A program made the translations under genes and the position numbers. Positions 18,468 to 27,488 of a stretch of DNA of 64,000 nt are shown piece by piece; the first letter of the stretch is position 1; each line of letters begins with the position of its first letter. The stretch comes from Patescibacteria group bacterium (lineage in GTDB: Bacteria; Patescibacteriota; Patescibacteriia; JACRDY01): NCBI GenBank assembly GCA_041650515.1, contig JBAZLA010000001.1, positions 18,710 to 82,709 of the forward strand. The letters run 5' to 3'. The notes under the pieces are model-generated. The model was not told the DNA's origin. It was given only the letters and a program-made list of their open reading frames with translations, and ran no database searches.

Positions 18468-19790
18468 TTATTTGATTTCACAAACAGTATACAAATATTT
18501 ACCGCTCGGCGTTGGATCAATCTGATCAACAAAATTCCATTTAGTCCGGCAGTCAGCACCCATAAATAATTTAATTTTTTCTTCAATTCCTCGCATCTGG
18601 CTAGAGTTAGCCTCACCAACTATCTTTAACTCTACTAAATTATATTCTTTCTGGATTAATTGAAATTTTTTGATCCAATCTCTAAAAAATAACTGCTGAA
18701 TGATAAAATGAGTATGTTTTAATCCACCACTTTGAGTCTTAAAATAACCTAGGGTCCTACCAACAACATTATGTAAATTTAAATAAGATTTAGTCCGACT
18801 AAAATTATAATAAACCCCCGGTTGCGCTACGTCGCCCACTTCATATCGGATCAACGGCATCGAAAAATTATCCAAACAAGTAACAACTACTCTGCCCATA
18901 CCATCTCTCAAATCACTAATTTCAACTAGATGACGCCAGAAAAAAACTTGTAAATCAGAGTCGATTTTATCCTGAAAAGCAACTGCCCCTAATTCACGTG
19001 AACCGTACTGATTATAAACTGGACAATTGAAAGCCAGCTCAATTGACGATTTTATCTCCGGGTACAATGGACCAATACTAGTGACAATATATTTAGGAGA
19101 ATATAACTTGATATTATTAGCTGAAACAAATTTAGAAAATTCATATGTCGAGTCAACATAAGTCCAATAACTGACCGGTTTGAAGTTATTATTTAGCTCA
19201 ACTAATTCTTTCATTTTGTCAGAAGAAAAATTATAAGAATTTAAGAACCTCCTATTGTAAAGCCAATTTATGCAACGATCTCTAAGAGCTAAATTACCCT
19301 TGATAATATCCCGATCCGAGCCCCAAAGTTTAATTTCCTTGTCGCCTAAAGATTTACCTAATATTTCATTAAAATGAATCTTGGTAGCAATATTACTCTC
19401 ATCATAATAATGATCCTGTAAAAATTTTACCGGCTCACCAGTCGAACCGCCAGAAGTGTTTTGATAAAATTTTCTCTTTTGGTAGTCATCGGAATATAGA
19501 TTAGCTCCTTCTTGACGGATAATATCCTTAGTCAAAAGCGGTATCTGATTAAAGTTATCCAAATTAACCTGACCATTATCAACTACGCCGCTTTCAGACA
19601 AAATCTTATGGTAATAAGGAACGTGGTTATAGGCGTGAAGTAAAATTTCCTTTAATTTATCTTGCTGGTATTGCTGTTGTTTTGCCCCAGACATTTTTTC
19701 GAAACCATGCAGTAATCTCAAATTGGCCGGAATCTTGCTCCCGCTTAAATAAAACAAAAAGTAAATTATCGGCCTACGCCAGTTAAACAT
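18468..19790 (-). CDS. CapK/PaaK-family adenylate-forming enzyme (phenylacetate-CoA-ligase-like), paralog 1
   Basis: TSGGSTGEPVKF P-loop-like motif and PaaK-like length. Confidence 0.7.
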   Translation of the reverse strand: MFNWRRPIIYFLFYLSGSKIPANLRLLHGFEKMSGAKQQQYQQDKLKEILLHAYNHVPYYHKILSESGVVDNGQVNLDNFNQIPLLTKDIIRQEGANLYSDDYQKRKFYQNTSGGSTGEPVKFLQDHYYDESNIATKIHFNEILGKSLGDKEIKLWGSDRDIIKGNLALRDRCINWLYNRRFLNSYNFSSDKMKELVELNNNFKPVSYWTYVDSTYEFSKFVSANNIKLYSPKYIVTSIGPLYPEIKSSIELAFNCPVYNQYGSRELGAVAFQDKIDSDLQVFFWRHLVEISDLRDGMGRVVVTCLDNFSMPLIRYEVGDVAQPGVYYNFSRTKSYLNLHNVVGRTLGYFKTQSGGLKHTHFIIQQLFFRDWIKKFQLIQKEYNLVELKIVGEANSSQMRGIEEKIKLFMGADCRTKWNFVDQIDPTPSGKYLYTVCEIK

Positions 19791-19801
19791 AAAATAAAAA
19801 T

Positions 19802-21097
19802 TTATTTGACTTCGCTATAAGTGTAAAAATATTTCCCACTCTTTGAAGGGTTAATCTGATCAACAAAATTAAAATCCACACAACAATTCTGGCCAAAAAG
19901 AACTTTAATTTTATCCTTTATATTATCAATATCTTGATTGTTCGGTTCGCTAGCCAATACCACGTTGCAAATAATATAACTGCGATCTTTTTGAATCATT
20001 TGAAACTTTTTGATCCAATCTTTAAACCAAAACTGCCTAACTAAAATCCGAGCATTAATTATTTGCCCGCTCTCTGTTTTGAAATGAGAAATGGTTCGAC
20101 CAGTGACATCATCAAAAACTTTGATTAAATTATGATTATTAAAATGGCTAGCGGTGGGCGGAATAGCCGTATCACCAATTTTATATCTGATAATGGGCAT
20201 AGTAAAATTAACTAATAAAGTTACGACTACCTCGCCATCAATAACTTCTAAATAATGCAACGCTGGAAAGCCGTATAGTCCTTTATTTTGCTCAAGCTCA
20301 ATAGCGACACCGCCAACCTCCATTGAACCATATTGATTATAAACTGGGCAATGAAAAGCTTCTTGTGCTACCTGCCGAATCTCGGGGAAAAGGGTGCCGG
20401 CCGTGGAGATAATGAATTTAGGGGAATAAACTGACAAATTATTTTTTTTAATATAATTGGAAATAACATCTAAAGACTCAGCATAAGCCCACATTGAAAC
20501 CGGCTTAACTTTATTGATTGTCGCAATAAAACTAGCTAATTTTTGGTCGTCATATCTAAAAAAATTGAGAATCGTTCGATTGTAAAGAAAATTGATTATT
20601 CTCTCTTTCCAACTTAAAGAATTACGAAAAATATCGCGTTCCGATCCCCAAATTATTATTTCTGGTTCGCCAATTTTTTTGCCATAAATTTCGTGGTAAA
20701 AAATTTTTAAGGCAATACCCACTAACTCCCAATACTCTTGATCCTGTAAAAATTTTACCGGCTCACCAGTCGAACCGCCAGAAGTGTTTTGATAAAATTT
20801 TCTCTTTTGGTAGTCATCGGAATATAAGTTAGCTCCTTCTTGACGGATAATATCCTTAGTCAAAAGCGGTATCCGATTAAAGTTATCCAAATTAACCTGA
20901 CCATTATCAACTACGCCGCTTTCAGACAAAATCTTATGGTAATAAGGAACGTGGTTATAGGCGTGAAGTAAAATTTCCTCCAGTGCCGATCTTTGATCGA
21001 CCAAAGACATCCGACGCAATCTTTTTAAATTATCTGGAACTTTACTGCCAGTAATATACCAGAGGAAATAAATTATTATCTTACGCCAATTAAACAT
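19802..21097 (-). CDS. CapK/PaaK-family adenylate-forming enzyme, tandem paralog 2
   Basis: Shares a roughly 239-bp block, about 99% identical, with paralog 1 (19451-19689 against 20740-20978). Confidence 0.7.
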   Translation of the reverse strand: MFNWRKIIIYFLWYITGSKVPDNLKRLRRMSLVDQRSALEEILLHAYNHVPYYHKILSESGVVDNGQVNLDNFNRIPLLTKDIIRQEGANLYSDDYQKRKFYQNTSGGSTGEPVKFLQDQEYWELVGIALKIFYHEIYGKKIGEPEIIIWGSERDIFRNSLSWKERIINFLYNRTILNFFRYDDQKLASFIATINKVKPVSMWAYAESLDVISNYIKKNNLSVYSPKFIISTAGTLFPEIRQVAQEAFHCPVYNQYGSMEVGGVAIELEQNKGLYGFPALHYLEVIDGEVVVTLLVNFTMPIIRYKIGDTAIPPTASHFNNHNLIKVFDDVTGRTISHFKTESGQIINARILVRQFWFKDWIKKFQMIQKDRSYIICNVVLASEPNNQDIDNIKDKIKVLFGQNCCVDFNFVDQINPSKSGKYFYTYSEVK

Positions 21098-22211
21098 ATA
21101 ATTCTAGATATCTTTTTGCCACTTCTGGCCAACCAAATTTATTAACTATTGCTAAACTTTTAATAGACATATCCGATCTTTCTACCTCACTATTTTTTAA
21201 ACTTTGCAAAGCTTCAAAAATTGCTTTAGTATCACCTTGCTTTACTATTATACCATTATCTCTAACCAATTCATCTGTGCCACCGGTGTTGGTGACCACC
21301 ACCGGCAAACCTGAGGCCATGGCTTCCAAAAGTGTGTTACTCATTCCCTCATTAACTGAGGGCAAAACATAAACATCGCTTTGACGGTAAATCTCCGGTA
21401 ATTGGTCGTGACTGACGGCGCCAAAAAATTTAACACTTTGATCTTGATCCAAATCAACTACCTGTTTTCTGAGTGTAGCTTCTAAATTACCGCCGCCCAC
21501 AATTAATAACTGACAATCATTTTGCTGATTAAGTTTAGCAAAGGCCTCAATTAAATAATTAACGCCCTTGCGGGCGATTAACCGACCAACGTATAGAATA
21601 GTAAACTTGCTATTTTTGGTTTTAGGAACTGACTGAAACAAACCAACCTCGACACCGTTATAAACCACTTCCATCTTCTGCTTGGGTGCAGTTCTCAAAG
21701 CTAATTCCTTTAAACCCTGAGAGTTAGCCACCACTGCTTTAGCTCTTTGCCAAATCCGACGGCTCAACCACCTAAAAAACAATTTATCCAACCAATAGAA
21801 CCGCGAATTATAAAACGGCACGTCGCTACCACGCAAACTAACGATATAGGGTAAACCCAGCTTCATTGCCAGGTAGCCACTAGGAATACCAAAAAAAGCG
21901 TGGACTAAATCATACTTATTTTCTTCGATTAGCTTTTTACTAAACCAATAAGCTTGCCAAGAATAAGAGAGTAAATTAGCGTTGCTTTGGTAGTGGCGGT
22001 CGCCTTGCTTATTAATATCTAGATAATAAACGGTAATATTATCACTCGGTTTTTCTTCCCGATACTCGGCAATTGACGAAGTGACTAAATCAATTTGTAA
22101 ATCATTCTTCCTGGTAAACTCTTTGAGCAAAAAATAGGTGGCATTAGCCGCGCCACCACCAAGAGGAGGAAACTCATAGTTTAAAATCAAAACCCGCATT
22201 TTATCTTTCAA
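21090..22211 (-). CDS. Glycosyltransferase family 4
   Basis: GT-B fold with an EX7E-type C-terminal motif (EALQSLKNSE... region); glycosyltransferase group 1. Confidence 0.85.
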   Translation of the reverse strand: MKDKMRVLILNYEFPPLGGGAANATYFLLKEFTRKNDLQIDLVTSSIAEYREEKPSDNITVYYLDINKQGDRHYQSNANLLSYSWQAYWFSKKLIEENKYDLVHAFFGIPSGYLAMKLGLPYIVSLRGSDVPFYNSRFYWLDKLFFRWLSRRIWQRAKAVVANSQGLKELALRTAPKQKMEVVYNGVEVGLFQSVPKTKNSKFTILYVGRLIARKGVNYLIEAFAKLNQQNDCQLLIVGGGNLEATLRKQVVDLDQDQSVKFFGAVSHDQLPEIYRQSDVYVLPSVNEGMSNTLLEAMASGLPVVVTNTGGTDELVRDNGIIVKQGDTKAIFEALQSLKNSEVERSDMSIKSLAIVNKFGWPEVAKRYLELYV

Positions 22212-23142
22212 TAATTTCTTTAATACTATAAGTGCGATTATTATTGCGATGATATATCTTAACTGAAATATCCGCTAGGATCCCTGAGACAAACAGCTGA
22301 ATACCGAGTAAAATCATAAAGACGCCAACTAGTGGCCAAATGCGACCAGCCAAACTAATAATACCCAATATTCTGAGAATAAATAAAACCAACAAAATAA
22401 CTACACCAACAAAACTCATAGTTAAACCCAGTCCGCCAAAAAGATGCAATGGCCGATTAGAATATTTGCGCCAGAACCAAACTGACAACATATCCAAAAA
22501 ACCTTTAACCACTCGCCCTAGTTTATATTTAGTCACACCATGAATACGCGGCCGATGGTTAACTTTAATTTCAGCCACCCGATAACCTTGCCATTGTAAA
22601 ATAGCCGGAATAAACCGATGCATCTCACCATAGAGATCAACCTTCTCAAAACACTCGCGACGATAGGCTTTGAGCGTGCAGCCGGAATCGTGAATATGAT
22701 CATTAATCAAAACTTTACGTAAACCGTTGGCCCCTCGCGAACAAAATCTTTTCATTAATGAATCTTTTCGCTGCCAGCGCCAGCCCGAAACCACATCATA
22801 ACCTTCATTAACTTTTTGGAGTAAGAGTGGAATATCCGCCGGATCATTTTGTAAATCACCGTCTAATGTAACAACAATCTCGCCCTGAGCCATCTTAATC
22901 CCCGCGTCCAGCGCCGCCGTTTGACCAAAGTTTTTGCGAAAATTAATAATCTTGACTGGCGATAATTTTTTCATTTCATCCAAGCTCTTATCCGAACTGC
23001 CGTCATTAACAAAAATTATTTCAAACGGTTTGCCCAACTGCTGACAAACAGCCAAAATTTGTCGATGGAGCTCAACTACGTTGCCTTCTTCATTATAAAA
23101 AGGCACCACCACCGAGAGATAAATTTTATCTAAATTATCCAT
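22201..23142 (-). CDS. GT2 polyprenyl-phosphate glycosyltransferase (DPM1/ArnC-like) with a C-terminal TM pair
   Basis: VVVPFYNEE ... VNDGSSD ... LDGDLQND motifs. Confidence 0.85.
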   Translation of the reverse strand: MDNLDKIYLSVVVPFYNEEGNVVELHRQILAVCQQLGKPFEIIFVNDGSSDKSLDEMKKLSPVKIINFRKNFGQTAALDAGIKMAQGEIVVTLDGDLQNDPADIPLLLQKVNEGYDVVSGWRWQRKDSLMKRFCSRGANGLRKVLINDHIHDSGCTLKAYRRECFEKVDLYGEMHRFIPAILQWQGYRVAEIKVNHRPRIHGVTKYKLGRVVKGFLDMLSVWFWRKYSNRPLHLFGGLGLTMSFVGVVILLVLFILRILGIISLAGRIWPLVGVFMILLGIQLFVSGILADISVKIYHRNNNRTYSIKEIIER

Positions 23143-23154
23143 AATTTTGGTATT

Positions 23155-24123
23155 TTACTGCCTATTTATTTTATACCAACTGACAAATTTGTCCATGCCC
23201 TCTTCAATCGTCGTTTTGGGCTGATAACCTAACAATTTCTGGGCCTTTCTAATGTCAGCATAGGTAATATCAACGTCGCCCGGCTGCATTGGATATTGCT
23301 TAATATTAGCCTTTTTACCTAACAAACCCTCAACTATGGCAATAAAATGGCTCAACACCACCGGTTGGTTATTACCCAAATTGATTATCTCGTAACCGAA
23401 ATCTTTATCCAAACAGGCCACCACCCCGCTGACAATATCTTGGATATAGGTATAATCACGCTTAGTATCACCTTGACCAAATCTTTTTACTTCCTGACCC
23501 TGATCAATCCACTGGGTAAAAAGATAGGGCGCCATATCGGGACGACCGCGCTCACCATAGACAGTAAAAAAACGCAGGCCGATACAATTTAAACCAAACA
23601 AATGATGGTAGGTGTGAGCCAAAAGTTCCATGGCTTTTTTGGTCGCCGCGTAAGGTGAAATTGGATTATCAACTGGATCGGTTTCGCTAAAAGGAATTTT
23701 TTTGTTATTGCCATAGACTGATGACGACGAGGCAAAGATAAAATCTTTAATACCATTTTGCCGACACATTTCCAAGAGATTAGCTGTGCCCTCGACATTC
23801 ACTTTTTGATAAAGCAATGGATCGGCAATCGATGGCCGAACACCCGCCCGAGCCGCTAGATGAATAACCTTATCAAACTTATTAGTAAAAACCGATTTTA
23901 AAAAATCTAGGTCAGTAATATCGCCACGAAGCAGATGATGATTACTCTTACCTGAATTAATCGCTACATTTTGCTCCTTAAACGCCGGATTATAATAATC
24001 ATTAAAGTTATCCAAACAAAAAACTTCGTGGCCTTGATTAACCAAATAATCACAAACGTGAGAACCAATGAAACCAGCGCCGCCGGTAACTAAAACACGC
24101 ATATTATTAAATCTAAATGTCAA
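23155..24123 (-). CDS. NAD-dependent sugar-nucleotide epimerase, probably a UDP-glucuronate 4-epimerase
   Basis: GGAGFIGSH Rossmann motif and YxxxK. Sits adjacent to ugd. Confidence 0.8.
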   Translation of the reverse strand: MTFRFNNMRVLVTGGAGFIGSHVCDYLVNQGHEVFCLDNFNDYYNPAFKEQNVAINSGKSNHHLLRGDITDLDFLKSVFTNKFDKVIHLAARAGVRPSIADPLLYQKVNVEGTANLLEMCRQNGIKDFIFASSSSVYGNNKKIPFSETDPVDNPISPYAATKKAMELLAHTYHHLFGLNCIGLRFFTVYGERGRPDMAPYLFTQWIDQGQEVKRFGQGDTKRDYTYIQDIVSGVVACLDKDFGYEIINLGNNQPVVLSHFIAIVEGLLGKKANIKQYPMQPGDVDITYADIRKAQKLLGYQPKTTIEEGMDKFVSWYKINRQ

Positions 24124-24227
24124 AATCCCAATGTCAAATCAATATCAAATGATTAAAAGTCAAAAAAAATAATTATTTTGGATTTTGGATTTGATTTGAC
24201 ATTTGACCTTTGGATTTTGGCATTATA
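24124..24227. repeat. Long imperfect AT-rich palindrome between ugd and the epimerase
   Basis: aaatgtcaaaatcccaatgtcaaatcaa ... ttgatttgacatttgacctttggattttggcat. Confidence 0.6.
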
Positions 24228-25514
24228 TTACCTTCCAACACTCAAATATTTAAATCCTAACTTGGCCAATTCCGCCGGATCAAACATATTTCGACCATCA
24301 ATAATCAAGGGGTTTTTTATTAAACTCTTTAACTTCTGCCAATCCGGATTCTTAAACTCGTCCCATTCAGTAATAATTAACAAACAATCAACGTCGGCAG
24401 CGGCAGCGTATTTATCCGAACAGACTTCTACCTTAGGTGACAGATATCTCTGGGCATTAACCGCTGCTTCGGGGTCATAAACTTTAACTTGGGCCTCATT
24501 TTCGATCGCGCGATCAATAATCTCCAGAGCGACTGACTCACGAACATCATCAGTGTTGGGCTTAAATGCTAGCCCCCAAACACCAATTTTTTTGCCCGCT
24601 AAATCGCCAAGTTGATCTTTAATTTTTTGGAACAAAAGCCACTTCTGATTGTTGTTAACTTCAATCACCGCCCGGAGTAATTGGAAGGGATAGCCATGGC
24701 GACCGGCAATCTGATGCAACGCCCGGACGTCTTTAGGGAAACAACTGCCGCCGTAGCCGATACCAGCTTGTAAAAATTTGTGGCCAATCCGACTGTCTAA
24801 GCCCATTCCCTCCGCCACTTTTTCCACATCCGCTCCAACGCTCTCGCAAACATTGGCAATCTCATTAATAAAAGAGATTTTGGTAGCCAAAAAAGCATTA
24901 GAAGCATATTTAATCATCTCCGCGCTCGCTGGCGTGGTAAAAACTTTGGGACAATTAAAATTTTCATAAAGTTTATTCATCAACTCTTCACTCCTTTTTG
25001 AACTACAACCAACAACAATCCGGTCCGGCTGACGAAAATCTTCAATCGCTGAACCCTCGCGCAAAAATTCAGGGTTAGAAACAATATCAAACTCACCAGT
25101 ATAAAATTTGGCAATTTCTTTTCTAACTCGCTGCGCTGTGCCCACCGGCACCGTGCTTTTATCAATTACAACAACGTAATGATCCAAATTTTTACCAATT
25201 GCTTCCGCCGCGGTCATAACTTGGCTTAAATCAGCTTCACCGTTCTCTTTGGGTGGCGTACCCACCGCGATAAAAACTAGCTCGACATCCTTTAAAAAAT
25301 CTTTGAGCGAAGTGGAAAACATCAGCCGACCAGACTCAATATTTCTTTTTAAAATCTCTTCCAAACCCGGCTCAAAAAAAGGCACCTGATTGCTTTGGAG
25401 CTTTTTAATTTTGTTTTCATCAATATCAACGCAAGTCACTTGGTTATCTAGGTCAGCCAAACAAACGCCGGTCACTAAACCGACATAACCAGTACCAATA
25501 ACGACGATTTTCAT
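24228..25514 (-). CDS. ugd: UDP-glucose 6-dehydrogenase
   Basis: Translation MKIVVIGTGYVGLVTGVCLA... with the GGSCFPKD catalytic Cys motif. Confidence 0.9.
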   Translation of the reverse strand: MKIVVIGTGYVGLVTGVCLADLDNQVTCVDIDENKIKKLQSNQVPFFEPGLEEILKRNIESGRLMFSTSLKDFLKDVELVFIAVGTPPKENGEADLSQVMTAAEAIGKNLDHYVVVIDKSTVPVGTAQRVRKEIAKFYTGEFDIVSNPEFLREGSAIEDFRQPDRIVVGCSSKRSEELMNKLYENFNCPKVFTTPASAEMIKYASNAFLATKISFINEIANVCESVGADVEKVAEGMGLDSRIGHKFLQAGIGYGGSCFPKDVRALHQIAGRHGYPFQLLRAVIEVNNNQKWLLFQKIKDQLGDLAGKKIGVWGLAFKPNTDDVRESVALEIIDRAIENEAQVKVYDPEAAVNAQRYLSPKVEVCSDKYAAAADVDCLLIITEWDEFKNPDWQKLKSLIKNPLIIDGRNMFDPAELAKLGFKYLSVGR

Positions 25515-25665
25515 AATTTTAAATAATTAAATCTAAATTCCGACATCCAAACTCGCCAGATACTTATTCTATTTGAGTGCGAATTGATTGATCTTAATGC
25601 CCGGTGACTACGGCTTAATTTTGGCAGTCCTACACTCTGATTCTGATAATGAATCCGCGAATCTG

Positions 25666-25694
25666 TTGACAAATAAATCTTTATCTGTTACTAT
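25666..25694 (+). promoter_or_regulatory. Sigma70-like promoter TTGACA-17-TACTAT driving the small GC-rich gene
   Basis: Consensus -35 element, 17-nt spacer, TACTAT -10 element, then AAGGAGGG SD at 25729-25736. Confidence 0.5.
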
Positions 25695-25740
25695 AAAAAA
25701 TTCTAAATGTCTTTAATTCGTCTAAGATAAGGAGGGCATC

Positions 25741-26019
25741 TTGATACAAGTAGGAAGCACCGTGCGAATAAAGAGTCAGGAGGAGATCCAATCTCTTTGT
25801 GTATGGTCTGACCATTTGCTCTGTGATCCGGATTTGCCTCGGATTGATTTCTGTAGAACTGAGGATATCAGCAGCGGAAGCGTCAAAGCTGAAGGCATGG
25901 AGATTCATTGCGGGAAAACGACAACGATCGCGGCGGAAGACCGGGATGGTGGCTTTCGCTTGGCGATCGATGACAGGCGTCACTGTTGGTCAGCCAAGTG
26001 GCTGGAAGAAGTCGTATAG
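25741..26019 (+). CDS. Hypothetical 92-aa protein on the opposite strand to its neighbours; GC-rich, TTG start, strong SD, own promoter and terminator
   Basis: MIQVGSTVRIKSQEEIQSL... has no family recognised. A self-contained expression unit. Confidence 0.45.
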   Translation: MIQVGSTVRIKSQEEIQSLCVWSDHLLCDPDLPRIDFCRTEDISSGSVKAEGMEIHCGKTTTIAAEDRDGGFRLAIDDRRHCWSAKWLEEVV

Positions 26020-26047
26020 CCTCGCACTCGATGCTCACAACGCCCTT

Positions 26048-26078
26048 GCCTAGATGGAAACGTCTAGGCAATTTTTTA
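26048..26078 (+). terminator. Rho-independent terminator of the 92-aa gene
   Basis: gcctagatggaaacgtctaggc followed by aatttttt. Confidence 0.65.
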
Positions 26079-26109
26079 AATTTTAAAATGCAATAATATC
26101 TAATAAATA

Positions 26110-27369
26110 TTATGTACCGATTTCCCAACTCGTCAAATACTTCCGCTGCGCTGGTGTTAATTTATCAATATTAATCTTCATTGAAGCGAGTTTCATTCTG
26201 GCTACTTTATATTCTAATTCTGTCGGTAGATAGTGAACTTTATCACCCAATTTGCCATGGTTTTTAACAACATATTCCGAAGCTAACGCTTGAGTGGCAA
26301 AACTCATATCCATGACACAAGCCGGATGGCCTTCAGCCGCCGCTAGATTAATTAACCGACCTTCGGCTAACAAATTGATTTTATGGCCATTGCGCAAAGT
26401 GTATTCATCAACAAAGTTACGGACATTTTTACGAACTTTGACCGCCATTTTCTTAAGCGCCGGAATATCAATTTCCACATCAAAATGACCAGAATTGCAA
26501 ACTATCGCCCCGTCTTTCATTATTTTAAAATGCTCCCGACGAAGAACCGCAACATCACCGGTCAGGGTGCAAAACAGATCGCCTATCTTCGCCGCCCGAC
26601 TCATCGACATCACTTCAAAACCATCCATCGCCGCTTCAATGGCTTTAATTTCATCCACCTCAGTGACAATTACTTTGGCGCCCATCCCCCGCGCTCGCGA
26701 GGCAAAGCCGCGGCCGCACCAACCATAACCCGACACCACAACGTACTTGCCAGCCAATAGAATATCAGTCGCCCGGATAATACCATCAACAGTTGATTGG
26801 CCGGTGCCATAGCGATTATCAAACAGATTTTTGGTTTTAGCATCATTAACGGCAATTACTGGCAAAAGCAACCTACCCGCTCGCTCCATCGCTTTTAATC
26901 TGATAACCCCAGTCGTCGTTTCTTCCATACTGCCCAAGATATTCTTGGCCCAATCTCTATAGCCAGAATGCAAAAGCGAAATTAAATCCGCGCCATCATC
27001 CATTGTTACTACTGGCCGATGAACCAAAGCAGCTTTTAAATTTTGATAATAGCTAGCGCGATTTTCACCACAAACCGCAAAAGTGGGAATCTTATATTCT
27101 TTAACCAAGGCCGCTGCGACATCATCTTGGGTGGATAAGGGGTTAGAAGCACAAAGTAAAATATCAGCGCCGCCGGCTTTGAGTGTGCGGACTAAATTAG
27201 CCGTCTCGGCGGTGACATGTAGACAAGCTGACATCCTCTTACCTCGGAGCGGTTTAGTCCGAGAAAAACTGTCTCTAATCTGTTGCAAAACCGGCATATC
27301 GTGGTTGGCCCACTCGATGCGTTTTTTACCAACGCTGGCTAATTTTAAATCTTTGACATGGTACTTCAT
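26110..27369 (-). CDS. ahcY: Adenosylhomocysteinase
   Basis: Full-length SAH-hydrolase signature with an NAD-binding GYGWCGRG motif. Confidence 0.95.
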   Translation of the reverse strand: MKYHVKDLKLASVGKKRIEWANHDMPVLQQIRDSFSRTKPLRGKRMSACLHVTAETANLVRTLKAGGADILLCASNPLSTQDDVAAALVKEYKIPTFAVCGENRASYYQNLKAALVHRPVVTMDDGADLISLLHSGYRDWAKNILGSMEETTTGVIRLKAMERAGRLLLPVIAVNDAKTKNLFDNRYGTGQSTVDGIIRATDILLAGKYVVVSGYGWCGRGFASRARGMGAKVIVTEVDEIKAIEAAMDGFEVMSMSRAAKIGDLFCTLTGDVAVLRREHFKIMKDGAIVCNSGHFDVEIDIPALKKMAVKVRKNVRNFVDEYTLRNGHKINLLAEGRLINLAAAEGHPACVMDMSFATQALASEYVVKNHGKLGDKVHYLPTELEYKVARMKLASMKINIDKLTPAQRKYLTSWEIGT

Positions 27370-27388
27370 AATTTAATGATATTAATGG

Positions 27389-27483
27389 GTAGTATGCAGT
27401 ATGCGGTATACAGTATGCAAGGGTTGAGTGCCACAGTTAGTGAAAAATAAGCCCTGCATACTGCATACTGACCCCTGCATACT
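27389..27483. repeat. Hairpin element with AGTATGC heptamer arms, between ahcY and pfkB
   Basis: gtatgcagtatgcggtatacagtatgcaagggtt ... aagccctgcatactgcatactgacccctgcatac. Confidence 0.8.
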
Positions 27484-27488
27484 AATTT

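Noticed and set aside
25681-26128. ORFs 25681..25983 (-), 25799..26053 (+) and 25883..26128 (-)
   Set aside because: Overlap the 92-aa gene, which alone has a promoter, SD and terminator. They are alternative frames of the same GC-rich DNA.
26294-26855. Plus-strand ORFs (26383..26760 and others) within ahcY
   Set aside because: Antisense to a full-length, highly conserved adenosylhomocysteinase.
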